Positions 25,031-36,606 of a stretch of 57,562 nucleotides of DNA are shown here, in pieces. The position numbers were made by a program, and so were the translations under genes. The DNA comes from Ginglymostoma cirratum (Eukaryota). The notes beneath the pieces were generated by a model, which had not been told where the DNA came from, searched no databases, and saw nothing but the letters and a program-made list of their open reading frames with translations. The stretch is from contig JAHRHZ010000025.1 of assembly GCA_024137785.1 (NCBI GenBank), positions 30,649,624 to 30,707,185 of the forward strand, written 5' to 3'. The first letter of the stretch is position 1; every line of letters begins with the position of its first letter.

Positions 25031-25987
25031 TAAAGCAGCAAAAGTAATGCATGAGGAGAGGTGATAATATAGTTGCTCTGATTAGAGACACTGGTAATGT
25101 TTTAGGGACCAAGCTTAGAATTCCAGCACAACAGATGGTCAAATTCCAATTCAATGAAAAATATGGAGTTAAAAGTCTAATTATGATCAAGAAACCATCG
25201 AAGGCTATCCTACAAACCATCTAATTCATTAATATCCATCAGGGCAGGAAAACTGCTGTCCTTAACTGGCCTACATGTGACTGCAGACCCATGGGAATGT
25301 GGTTGACTCTGAAATGCCCTCTGAATTGGCCTAAGAAGCCACTCAGTTGTATCAGGCTACTAAAATGTCTTAAAAAAAGGAATGGAGTTAGATGGATCTA
25401 CTGGCATTGACTAAGGAACCAGAAATGACAGTGACAAATCAAACATGCAAAGGTCCTCTTACTAACATCTGGAGGCTACTGCTAAAATTGGGAGAGCTGT
25501 CCCACAGACTAGTCAAGCTACAGCCTGACTTAGTCATACACACAAAGTCATACCTTGCACACAGGAAAGCACCATCACCAGCCCTTGGCATGTCAACAAA
25601 CGTGGCAGCGGCTCAGGAGAGAGTTGCTCTGGAAGTTTTCAACATTGACTCTGGACCTCATGAAGTCTCATGGCATCATGTTAAACATGAGCAAGGAAAC
25701 CTCCAGCTGTTTACTCCAGCATTACTGACACATACTGAATAGAAGTACTGCACTCCCTTGGTTGATGAATCAGTACTCCCCCTTCTTGTTGAACCTGAAG
25801 GAACCCTCCATCTGGAGGAAGCACTGAGGGCTGCAAGACAGAAGAATGTGCTCTGGAGGTGGATGCCTTCAATGTGAGGCACCAAGAGTGGCTCATCAAC
25901 ATCACTACTGACCGAGCTGGTCAAGTCTTCACAGACATAGTTGCTAATCTTGGTATACAAAAGGTGGCAAGGGAACCAGCAAAAAAT

Positions 25988-26355
25988 ATAGAATCATAGA
26001 ATCCCTACAGTGTGGAAACAGGCCATTCGGCCCAACAAGTACAAACCACCCCCTCCAAACAGCATCCCACCCAGACCGAGACCCAGTCCCCACCTTTCCT
26101 TGTAACCCTACATTTCCCAAGTCCAATCCATCTAACTTACATACCCCCGAACACTACAGGCAATTTAGCATGGCCAGTCCACCTAACCTGCACATCTTTG
26201 GGCTGTGGGAGGAAACTGGAGCACCCAGCAGAAACTCACACAGGCACGGGGAGAATGTGCAAACTCCACACAGACCGTCACTTGAGGGTGAAATCAAACT
26301 GAGGTCCCTGGTGCTGTGAGGCAGCAGTGCTAACCCCTGAGCCACCGTGCCACCC
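25988..26355 (-). mobile_element. HE1-type V-SINE, full length
   Basis: tRNA-like head gggtggcacggtggctcaggggttagc, V-domain and (gattctat)n tail. Confidence 0.92.
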
Positions 26356-26505
26356 ATTGACATCATTTACAGTACACTTACAATATACATGACCTTATTT
26401 TCATGAATCTGCCTGCCATACATACACTCATCCGTGACACTGTCAGTAGGAGGGACCTTGTGGACTTGAAGTCCATACTCACATTGGTTCATGGTAGTAT
26501 CACCA

Positions 26506-26685
26506 TACTAAGTGCATTGAGTTAAAACCGATCTAGCACATTCAAAATTGTGCATCTAAGAGATACTGTGGCACATCATCAGTAGCAAGATTTTACTAAG
26601 TGCATTGAGTTAAAACCGATCTAGCACATTCAAAATTGTGCATCTAAGAGATACTGTGGCACATCATCAGTAGCAAGATTTTACT
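26506..26685. repeat. Perfect 2 x 88 bp tandem duplication
   Basis: Units start at 26506 and 26594 and are identical, with 'tact' microhomology at the junctions. Confidence 0.95.
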
Positions 26686-26704
26686 CCAACATAATTTGCA
26701 ACCT

Positions 26705-26932
26705 GAGATAACAGGGTGTAGAGCTGGATGAACACAGCAGGCCAAGCAGCATCAGAGTAGCAGGAAAGCTGATGTTTCAGGCCTAGACCCTTCTTCAGAA
26801 AATGAAGAAGGATCTAGGCCTGAAACGTCAGCTTTCCTGCTCCTCTGATGCTGCGTGGCCTGCTGTGTTCATCCAGCTCTACGCCCTGTTATCTCAGATT
26901 CTTCAGCATCTGCAATTCCTACTATCTCTGAA
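26705..26932 (+). mobile_element. Fold-back Penelope-derived short element (family A) with 14 bp TSD
   Basis: Inverted arms of ~93 bp centred near 26800 plus a ~37 nt tail. The repeat ataatttgcaacct lies at 26691-26704 and 26933-26946. Confidence 0.92.
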
Positions 26933-29191
26933 ATAATTTGCAACCTAAAGGATTACCATATCCCTCACCCTTCCACTACCAACAAGCCAGGAAGTCAATC
27001 CTGGATCAATGCCAGGTGCAGGAGGTCATTCCAGGAGCAGTATCAGGCATATCTAAAAATGAGAAATTGTGTTTTTTTGATGGTCAGGGCAGCTGTTTGA
27101 TAAGCAAACAACGGCGAAAGGGATGAGGAAAAGCATGAAAAGAGGGGGAAAGAAGGAACAAAATGACAAAGAAGCACTTGAAGATGCCTAGAATGAAGAC
27201 GCTATCTGAATTCTGACAAGGTGAGAACTGCAGCAGCAACAAGCAGATTTGACAGCAATTCAATAACTTGTTGGATTTGGAAATTTTCTAGCAGAGATCT
27301 GGCCTAATTTCTCATCAGAATGTGAATATCCACACAAGCTCACTGCTAAGGATGTGCAGTAGCATTGTGGCACAGAACAAGAAGCAACTTTCACTCAAAT
27401 GCAAAAACAAACCCAACAGCAGCTTGACAGCAGAGATGTTCAATCTGAAAGAACATCTTGCATTGATCAAGTATTCCACCATGGGATCCACAATAGCAGG
27501 ATCCACAGCAACATCACCCGAGGAATGTGCAGGTACCAAACATACTGACAAGATCAACTTACATGCATTTCACAAATAGACAAAGTGGAATGCTGTAGAG
27601 ATAACGGATGACATACAGAGACTGGCAAAAGTGGGACTGACTAGAACTGACTAAATTTTGTTCATGAATGGATTATGTTTTGTTGATCACTTATATTATG
27701 TAGTATATATCTGCAAATGGTAGTGTTTGCAATTTTCTTTTACAGTTTCCTTCATAAATAGGAGTATTTTGCATGTTATACTATGTTTAGCCAGACAATC
27801 TCTATGTCTTCTGTAACTTGCTTTCATTTTAGTTTGTAGGAGCTATTAAGACAATTATTTGAAACAATCTTCATAACACAAAATCAGCCCAAGAGTGCAA
27901 AACATCAAGTTGCAACTTGAACATAAAGTTTGAATCTTGTCAAGTCAAAATCTTTGAAAGACTTAACAATTCAAACTATTGTAACACAAATACAATTGCT
28001 TCTGACACTCAGGATACACTTCAGACATTTGACAACCATCACTGATTATCTGTTTCTACAGTGCATCGCTCCATTTCATAAAAAAAAGGGGCCAACGCTG
28101 TAGGTCATACTGGCCATTACACAAGATATTAATTTTATTTGAGCAACACAGAAGGTGCAATCTGGAAATGCTTATGTGCCATAAATATTAGTTAACGGAA
28201 ATTCTCTCAGTTATAATTCACCCGCAAGTGTGCCTGACAGCCAAGTGCCAAATAACTAAAACCTTCTTGCCTTTGTACACTACTTGTTCATCTCATTCCA
28301 GTCCTTCTATTATTTTCTACCAAAACTCAAGAATTTGTGGGCCTTAATGGACCTTAGAGAGAGTTAAAGGAAAAAAACTTTGTTATTCTTAAAATAATTG
28401 TATGTCAACTCAGTGGATGTCTGTACAAGGCTTGTGTGAAATTCCTTACTTTCAATGGTGTTTTCTCATCACATTAAATAGTATTTGTTTAATGACATTC
28501 TGCCCACCTCAGGCTTCTGACCCAGATAATACAGTGAGCCAGCATTATTGTCACATATATAGCCCTAACAAAGCAACTCTGTGTTCATGACAGCATTACA
28601 ATAAAAACAATGGTGCTTTTCCCTAGACTCCTTACAGCAAACATTACTGTTCTTATTAACCAGTTCCTACTAAGGTCCACAAATAGCAAAGAGTCAACCA
28701 ATGAACAAGGTAAGTGAAATATGAAGCCATGGTATAGTCAAAAAGGGTGTATAATAAGCTTTGAAACATGGTAACATTATAAAATAGGACTAACATGAGT
28801 ATACATACACATGTCAGGGGCAACACAAATTGAAGTGAAATTTGAGTGAGGACACTTTTTCTATTGCTTCTGACCTCACCATTGATGAATAATAAGTTCG
28901 CCCATCACCAGCAACCTTTAGGTCAGGAGCATATAGTACAAGATGGGGTGTGACTGAACAATCTTGTGTGAACTAAGTAGTGCTGAAATCTGGTATACTG
29001 TAATTATGGCTCATGTGCAACCTGGGAAGCATTAAAATTCCCTCCAGAAATGAGAGTTATCTGTAACACTGAGTAGAAAAGCAAACCACTGGTGTGGGGA
29101 GTCGCTATCATTCATCATGCAGCACTTATTCTATGAAAGCATGTGTTAAACTCTTATCCAATTTCACAACACAGTCCCGCTTGATCCCTTT

Positions 29192-29525
29192 TAGAATCAT
29201 AGAATCCCTACAGTGTGGAAGCAGGCTACTCCACCCATCAGTCCACACTGACTCTCCGAAGAGCATCCCACCCAGACCCATCCTTATACCCTATCCATGA
29301 AATCTTGCACTTTTGCCATGGCTAATCCACATACCCTGCACATGCCTGAACACTATGGGCAATTTAGCATGGCCCATTAACCTAATCTGCACATCTTTGG
29401 ACTGTGGGGGAAACCAACGCAGACAACGGGCAGAATGTGCAAACTCCACAGAGACAGTTACCTGAGGCTGGAATTGAATGTGGGTCCCTGGCGCTATGAG
29501 GTAGCACTGAGCCACCATTTCGCCC
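29192..29525 (-). mobile_element. HE1-type V-SINE
   Basis: Colinear with 25988-26355, with an internal deletion. Confidence 0.9.
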
Positions 29526-30074
29526 ACAGTATTGGTAGTTTTAGCTGGTATTGGGTAGTTAAAAACAAAATTCATTTGTAGGTAGGATAATTTGAGGCTG
29601 AATCCTAATTTGAGTGTAGCATACTGTGGCCAAAAAAAAGTGTCAATTTATATGCGCAGTGTTAATAAAAATATTTCATGTGGCTGAAGAAATGCCTCAT
29701 CTTATACACTGTGAATTATGGTAACAAAGGTATTTTTTCTGTTTTCTTTAGATTTCATTGTCAGATTAAAATGTGAGGTAACATGAACTTAATTTAGGGC
29801 TAACTGTTGTTTGATACAGAATCGATTTCAGGAGAAATGTCAGATTAGTTTACCACTAAGACCATCAATTAAGTCATTCAAAAGGGAGCCGAAGGCTTTC
29901 TATTCTGTTGATTTGATTTGATTTGAGTTCAATTGTTTTCTTTTAAAGCACAAAGACCTAGTTTACAGATTGTTCTTATGTTTAATTTAACACAGACTAT
30001 GTGATCACATTAGTAACAATAGCACAGGGAGAAAAAGAACACAAATTGAAGGTCGACAAAGTACATTTTAGCTT

Positions 30075-30235
30075 ACATTGTCACATTCCTGTTTGTGGGA
30101 CCTGGCAGTGTACAAATTGACTTCCATGTTTCTTATGTTACCAATATGTCACTACATTTCTAAAGTACTTGATTGGCTGTGAAGCTATTTAGCAGAAATG
30201 ATGACAGTTGCTATATAAAATTCAAGACTACCTTT
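30075..30235 (+). mobile_element. DeuSINE (SacSINE1/AmnSINE1-like) 3' part
   Basis: cacattcctgtttgtgggacctggcagtgtacaaattg...aaagtacttgattggctgtgaagc matches the recalled 3' consensus. Confidence 0.7.
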
Positions 30236-32124
30236 TTCTTTGGCAATAATGTGCCATTTGCAGAGAGCGACATCAATGAATTTTGATATTTGCAACCACG
30301 GATTCCCGAATGCATAGTGTAAAATCTATAAAGGTGAGATTAGAACGTATGACATCGAAAAATCACTTGAAGTTCAGACATATATGGACCTATTCGACAC
30401 AATATGACATTTAATTAGATAGATATTGAACGCTTATTCTAATAAAGAAGTGATCACTGGAGCTATGCTCCATTACATTTTCTTTCTGAAGGTTCGACAG
30501 AATTTTGTCTCCACTCTTGTCAAAAGCAATTGGAACAATTAACTTTATAAAGGATTGTAGAATCAGAGAGATTTCAAAATGTAATGAAATATTTCTCATA
30601 TGAAAAGGAGGAATACTTCAGGATTATGGATAGCTGTCTATAATGATTCATACAACGAATAAAAAGGATCAGATGGAGTCACTCAAGTTAATTCTCTGGC
30701 AATATTGAAGTACTGGACAGCTTTTGGGAATAAAAAATATGAATTGTCAAGCAGTTTAATATTATGAATGACAGCAAGATTGGCTCTTCAGAGCATGTTT
30801 CAGGAGTTGCTACTTTTAAGTCCTGCTGGATCCTATATTCTTTTCCATGTACAGAAAACTCAGTGGGATCAATTTTTTTTTCTTACAAATCTGGCATTAT
30901 TTTATGTTTGTGCAACATAGCATATATTCTATTAATTGTACCAGCCAAATTCATTAACCTCAGAACTTGCCTGTAAAATGATATTAGTGTAACAGTATCA
31001 CATTCAGTGAGTAGAAGCCCCTTTTGTTCAACTGTGGAGGAAATTGAAAAAAAAGTCTCAAATGTTTAATTTAAAAGTAAACACTAAACACCGTTGCACG
31101 TCAAGAGAAAATGATGTGCACAGATACATTATCATCTTAAGCTTTATTTTTCTTTCATATTGCCATTGAGAAAAGCTGCTTAGACCAACGGAGCATTCTG
31201 GCAATGTTGTAACACATGTGGGGGTCAAAAAGGCACACATGCATACATCTATTAATTCAGCTGTAATACAGAAGGGATCTTAGGTCAAACCTCACTAGAG
31301 TTGGCCAGGGTCCCAGGTGTTCATTATCAACTCAAACCTCCATCGAGTTAAAAAGAAAACTTAATGGCATGTGCCAAGGAATATTGTTCTGTAAAAAAAA
31401 GGAACAAATATTTCACTTCACCTGGAGACACAGACAGCAGGATTTGTCGCACTAGCTGGAGGTGGAATTCAGGACTCTGGAACCGAAATAATGAATCCCA
31501 ACAAAATATTCAGAAGATAAAAATATCCATAGTTTAAAAAAAAGGTTGAAAATGACATTCATATTAACGTTCACAGTAAAAAAATTCAACTATGCTAATT
31601 CTACTTAAATTAATAACTTTCTTTCACTTAAAGGCTAAATTGACATGAATAAGTCTTTTTACTAAATTATCTAATCTTAATGTCAGGTTTCAAGACAGAT
31701 CAACATTGTGTAATTATTTCACTGCTGACAGTAGCTAGCTTTTAGCTCTTAGAATGGAAATGGATGATGGCAACATGCCGAGACAGACACACTCTAAATT
31801 GTTTAACTTTCTTTGTGGATTTCGATTCATACAGCAATATTTGGGCGCTGAGGTCTATTTTACTGAATTGTCAAAACTGCAATATGTACATTTTGTTTAG
31901 TGATAAAAAGAAATTGCATTAAGTGGCTAAAAATCCAAAAGAAAAAGCATACACATCTGTTAACCTTTGTTCTACAATAGCAGCTTATCATGCTTTCAAC
32001 ATGGAAACGTGTTCTAAGGTGGTTCACAGTTGCGCAATCAGAGAAAAAAAGTTATTGGGCAAGTCACCAAAGGTTTGGTGAAAGAGTTGAGTTTTAAGAA
32101 GGGTCTTAAAGGACATTACTTCTC

Positions 32125-33090
32125 ATGTCCCCCAGGAATCTAACCTTGAGCTCCTCCTATCGCTCGTCTATATTCTGAATGCCAATGGCATCCACAGACA
32201 AGACAGCATTACTTTTCACGTCTATGCTGACGATGTATCTATCCAGCTCTATCTCAAATTCACCACTCCTCACTCCTCCATTGTTACTAAATTAGTATAA
32301 TGACACCCAAGACTGGAAAAGCAGAAATTTGCCTCAATAAGTATTGGGAGAATGAGATCAACCAATCAAGACAATCTATTCTCAATCCTTGGTGTCGCAT
32401 TTGATCCTGAGTGAGGCTCTGACCTCATATTTACACCATCATTAAAGCTACAAATCTGATCTCCATCATGTCATCCAACCTCCTCCCTGCCTCAGTTCAC
32501 TTGTTGTTAAAACCCCAATTGGTGCTTTCCTTACATGGCTATTCCAAAACACACCTGTTCACACTCACATTCTACCCTCTGTAAACTTGAGACCATCCAA
32601 AACCCTGCTAACCATGTCTTAACTCCCCACCCAATCTTGTTTCCTTATCACCCCTGTGCTGGTCAGCTTATGTAACAAAGCAACATCTTGATATCATCCT
32701 TTTTATCCTTGTTTTCAGATTACTGTATGGCCTTGCCCCTCTCTATCTCTGCAATTCCCTCTGGTCCCGAACTATCTGACATATCAATGCTTCTCAAATC
32801 TGTAAATCTGTGAATACTCAATTTTGTTTGTCACAGTATTGGTGGAAGTACTTTCAATTGCCTAGGTTTAAAGATCTGGGATTCCATCCTGAAATTCTTT
32901 CCCACCTTTCCTCGCTTTCCTCCCTTTGAAAAAAACTCTTTCAGTGGTAGTTCTTTGCTTAAGCTTTCAGTCAGCTGATCTAATATCAACTTATGCAGCT
33001 TGTTGCCATGGTTTGTTGTAGAACAATCGATAAGATGTCTTGGAATATTCAAATATGTTAAAGGCACTAAGTAAATCTATGTTGGTTTTG
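32125..33090 (+). mobile_element. Decayed L2 LINE RT/3' end, nested in an antisense L2 remnant (~31980-32115 and 33100-33320)
   Basis: Reads VPQES.L and FHVYADD..QLYL; ends with an L2-like tail tatgttaaaggcact...gttgg. Confidence 0.7.
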
Positions 33091-33726
33091 TTGCGGTAGA
33101 AAAAATTCAGGGAGGAAATTCCAAGCACATTACATAAGTGACCAAAGGCAATGTTACTATGGGTGAGTGAAGAGGTCAGAGTCAGAAGACAAGAGAGTTC
33201 TGGAGGAGGTGTGGTATTGGAGGAGTCCTATAGGTAGGACAGCATTGTGCCATAAACAGACTTGAAGGCAAGGATTAACATTTTATGGTGAAAGCACTGA
33301 TTGACCAGAAATCAATATACGCTATCAAAAATGGTCATGTATGTTTGCCAGGAAAGGCTGTCGGATAAAAAATATGGAGACCCCTTTCAATAGGCATGAG
33401 ACAAAATGGCTGGATTGTCCAATGGCCAAATAATCATTTTTACAACTGTAAATGGAAGTTGCACATGTGGACTGAGTGGAATCTCCATCATAGTAGACTT
33501 TGGAGGATATGCCTGGGAAATTGAAGACGACACTCAGCAATTCCTCTACATATGGTACTGTCTGAAAATATCAATTTACATCAAAGAATTCAGATGGTTC
33601 CACTGCAGTTAAGTAACTTGTTGCATACGAAAAGTTAGACTTTTAGATGCCTACTCTAACTCCTGACTAACTGTTCAATGGAACCCCCCAGCTTGCCTCA
33701 CACACCCCAACCACACCATCAGCTCA

Positions 33727-35560
33727 AGGAACCTGAGTGGAATCTCCTGTCAGAAACATGTCGCTCACTTATTGCATTAAAAACAAAGGAGTGGGGGTGA
33801 ATCTTCATGAAAGTGCCACTCCTCAGAATTCCGGCCCATTGTTTTCATTTTCTTTAATGAAGGCAATTGTGATTATTTAACATATTGCTTACCTTCAAAT
33901 TGGAGCTTTATTAAAATCTAACATGTTAGAGCATAATTTGAATGTATTTTTAAATAGATGACTGACTATTTGGTCTCCTGCCCTGAGAACATGGTAATTT
34001 TGTTGTGTCTGAGGAAATTTTCTCAACTGCATCTTCTCTTGAGGCCTCTTGCACATCAAACCAGGCACACTCCATATCCCAAGTTTGGAACCCATACCCA
34101 AAAGCTAAGACCCTCCTCTGCCACCGGGTCTGAGCCCATTTTCTCGCCATTGGATCTCTCCCCATACTACTCCAGCCCCACTCTGCCATCCCCCTGCTGC
34201 TCTGGACCCCGAACGCCTTCTCCCACCACCAGATCCAGTCCCTCCTGTTCTGTACCCAATAGCGAAACCCAACTTCAATACCCCCATGGGCCTCTATGCA
34301 ATTCCCACCCCCTCCCCTGCCACATCACTGCTCTGAACCTGACTCCTGCTTCCCCCACCTTCCTCCACTGCTGGAGCTGTCTCTTGCATTCCAGACCCAA
34401 CAGCTCCCTTCCCATGCTCCAGACTTGCCCACCCCAGCTTCTTTGGCCCACTTTGGATCAAAATCCCTCTTCCCCTTTTTTGGACCTCACCCTCCCTTAC
34501 AATGATACGAGCCCAAACTTTCCTGCTTTAGACTTGACAGCCTCACCGTCCTGCTGAACTGTTATCTACCCAAACCCAACTCAATCGGAACCCACTCCTC
34601 AGGGTCCAATATCTATCCCACACCCAGGACTCTACCCATGCCACCTTGTGACTTGGCTCCCTATCAACCTGGCACCCCAGTCCCTACCCATTAACCTCAC
34701 ACTTGCCTTATGCACCTTCCCTTTGACAGCAGCTCTCAAAGTGGCTATCTGTGATGCTGGACGTCTGAATTTCAGAAAACACTGTGAGAAAGAGGGCACA
34801 GTTTGCCTCCTCAGGAATGTTTGGGACCACGAAAGACCTATCAGAATGGAAGTGCAGTTCTGCATTTCTGAAGGATCACTGATCAGAAGCTCCTGTCAGA
34901 AATGCAGGGCTCTTTTGTCACACAAATAAAAGGAGCGGTGTTGCAATCTGCATGATATTGCGATAAATCCTGCTCTATGCAATTTCTACGGGCCCATCTG
35001 CTTAATATGTCATTTGAATGCATCATGGCTAATCTTGTCATTTTGTCCTCCTTTAGGTTAAATAAAGACTCTTGATTTATTCCAATATCCTCATTTCACT
35101 TCAAACAAAATCAGGATTTACCTCCTTCTTGATATGCTTGTCTTTTCTAAGTGCGAATGCAGAGTACTCGTTAAACAATCCCGATGCCTCTGGCAATAAT
35201 CATATTATATCGGCATGTCAAAATGCCAGTGGGTCTATCAGGTTTATATCCTTCACTGGGGCATCTAAGCATCATCTTATTTCATTCCTCTTTCCTCAGA
35301 CCCTACAAAATTACCATATTCTGAGGGCAGGAGACCAATTAATCAATCATCTGTTTAAAAAAGCATTCAATTTATGCTCCAACATGTTAGATTTTAATAA
35401 AAATCCAATTTAAAGGCAATCAATATATTAAACAATCAGTAAAGCCTTCATCAAAGAGAACAGGTTAGAATTTCTGAGGAGTGGCACTTTGATGGTAGAT
35501 ATTCTTAACGCAATAAGTGAGCTTCACATTTCTGACAGGAGATTCCACTCAAGTTCCTTC
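33727..35560. repeat. Long inverted duplication (33727-34020 versus 35291-35560)
   Basis: aaggaacctgagtggaatctcctgtcagaaa...ctgaggaaa is the reverse complement of tttcctcag...tttctgacaggagattccactcaagttcctt. ORFs 33895-34101(-) and 35072-35413(+) share their C-termini. Confidence 0.9.
34020..34995 (+). mobile_element. Non-autonomous C-rich repeat (MITE-like); an inverted homolog lies at ~35460-36780
   Basis: 34740-34905 aligns with the reverse complement of 35525-35685. The C-rich 34050-34740 segment mirrors the G-rich 35700-36260 segment. Confidence 0.6.
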
Positions 35561-36295
35561 AGAAATGTGGAGCTTTACTTCCAATCTGAGTTCGCATGTC
35601 ATGGAGAATAATTGAGGAAGACAACCTACAACCCCTCTTCCTCCTTATTCTAAATTTAAAGGTCCAGCATCACGGACAGCCACTCTGACAAAATGTAAGT
35701 CTATGAGGTAAATTTGGGGTGAGGGTACTAGGAGAGGACGGTTCCAAACACATAGAGAGTATGGTACCAGGAGCTAGAGTACCAGGGCATATCGTAGCAA
35801 GGTAAGTGATCAAGAGTGTCGGGCAGGTCGGGCTGTGTGGGAGACATCAGTCAGCGGGAGTAAGGGATGTTGGGTTGGGAGTGGGGGGGAATGTGTGTTG
35901 GGTCTGAAGAGGGTGTAAGGAATGTCGGGTTGGGAGTGGGGGAATGAATGCTTGGTCTGAGGCAGGGGAAGGGGACATTGTGTCAGAAGTGGGAGAAGGC
36001 GGTGTGATCACCGAGTGACGGGAAAGGAGATTTGGTCTGGAAGAGGGGAAGGGATTTCGGATCAGTGGCAGGTTAAGGGGTCAGGTCCAGTTGTGGGATA
36101 TGGGGTGACCAGGTCCCAATTCGGGGATTGTTCAGTGCCACATATTGGGGGAAATGTTGAGTCCTGGGTGTTGGGTCAGGTGTGGTGGTAAAGAGGTGTT
36201 TGGGACAAGCTCTGGATGACATCTGGGCAATGTGTCATTTGGGGCATGTGTGGTAATTTGGGGATCAGCTAATTGTTACTCAGGTGTTAAACTAG

Positions 36296-36606
36296 ATAGA
36301 TAATCATAGAATCCCGAAAGCCATTCAGCCCATCGAATCTGCACGGGCCCTCCAAAGTGCATCCTGCCCAGACCCATCTTTCCATCCCCATAATCCTGCA
36401 TTTACCACAACTATCCCATATAACCTGCACATCACTGGGCAATTTGGCATCTTTGAATTGTGGAAGGAAACCAGAGCACCCAGAAGAAATCCATGCAATT
36501 GCAGGAAAAATGTGCAAACTCCACACAGACAGTGACCCAAGGATGGAATCGAACTCAGGTCCCTGGTGCTTTGAGGCAACAGTGCCAGTCACTGTGCCAC
36601 TGTATC
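36296..36606 (-). mobile_element. HE1-type V-SINE
   Basis: V-domain tgtgcaaactccacacagac, B-box gagttcgattcc on the reverse strand, and tail catagaatccc. Confidence 0.88.

Larger units (their letters stand above)
25060..27065 (+). mobile_element. 5' part of a LINE: SINE-like head followed by an APE endonuclease remnant
   Basis: ORF 25392-25742 reads TNIWRLLLKLGELSHRLVKLQPDLVIHTKSYL (APE N-terminus), followed later by AFNVRHQEWL. The upstream 25060-25325 segment is homologous to 47145-47600. Confidence 0.75.

Noticed and set aside
33958-34557. 199 aa Pro/Ser-rich ORF
   Set aside because: It arises from a C-rich repeat tract that is poor in stop codons, and it has no recognisable domain.
33895-35413. 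Shared ~40-codon open frame (NYH.LRAGDQ...CSNMLDFNK.PI) in both arms of the inverted duplication
   Set aside because: About 5 of 15 substitutions are synonymous, roughly the neutral expectation, so there is no evidence of coding selection.
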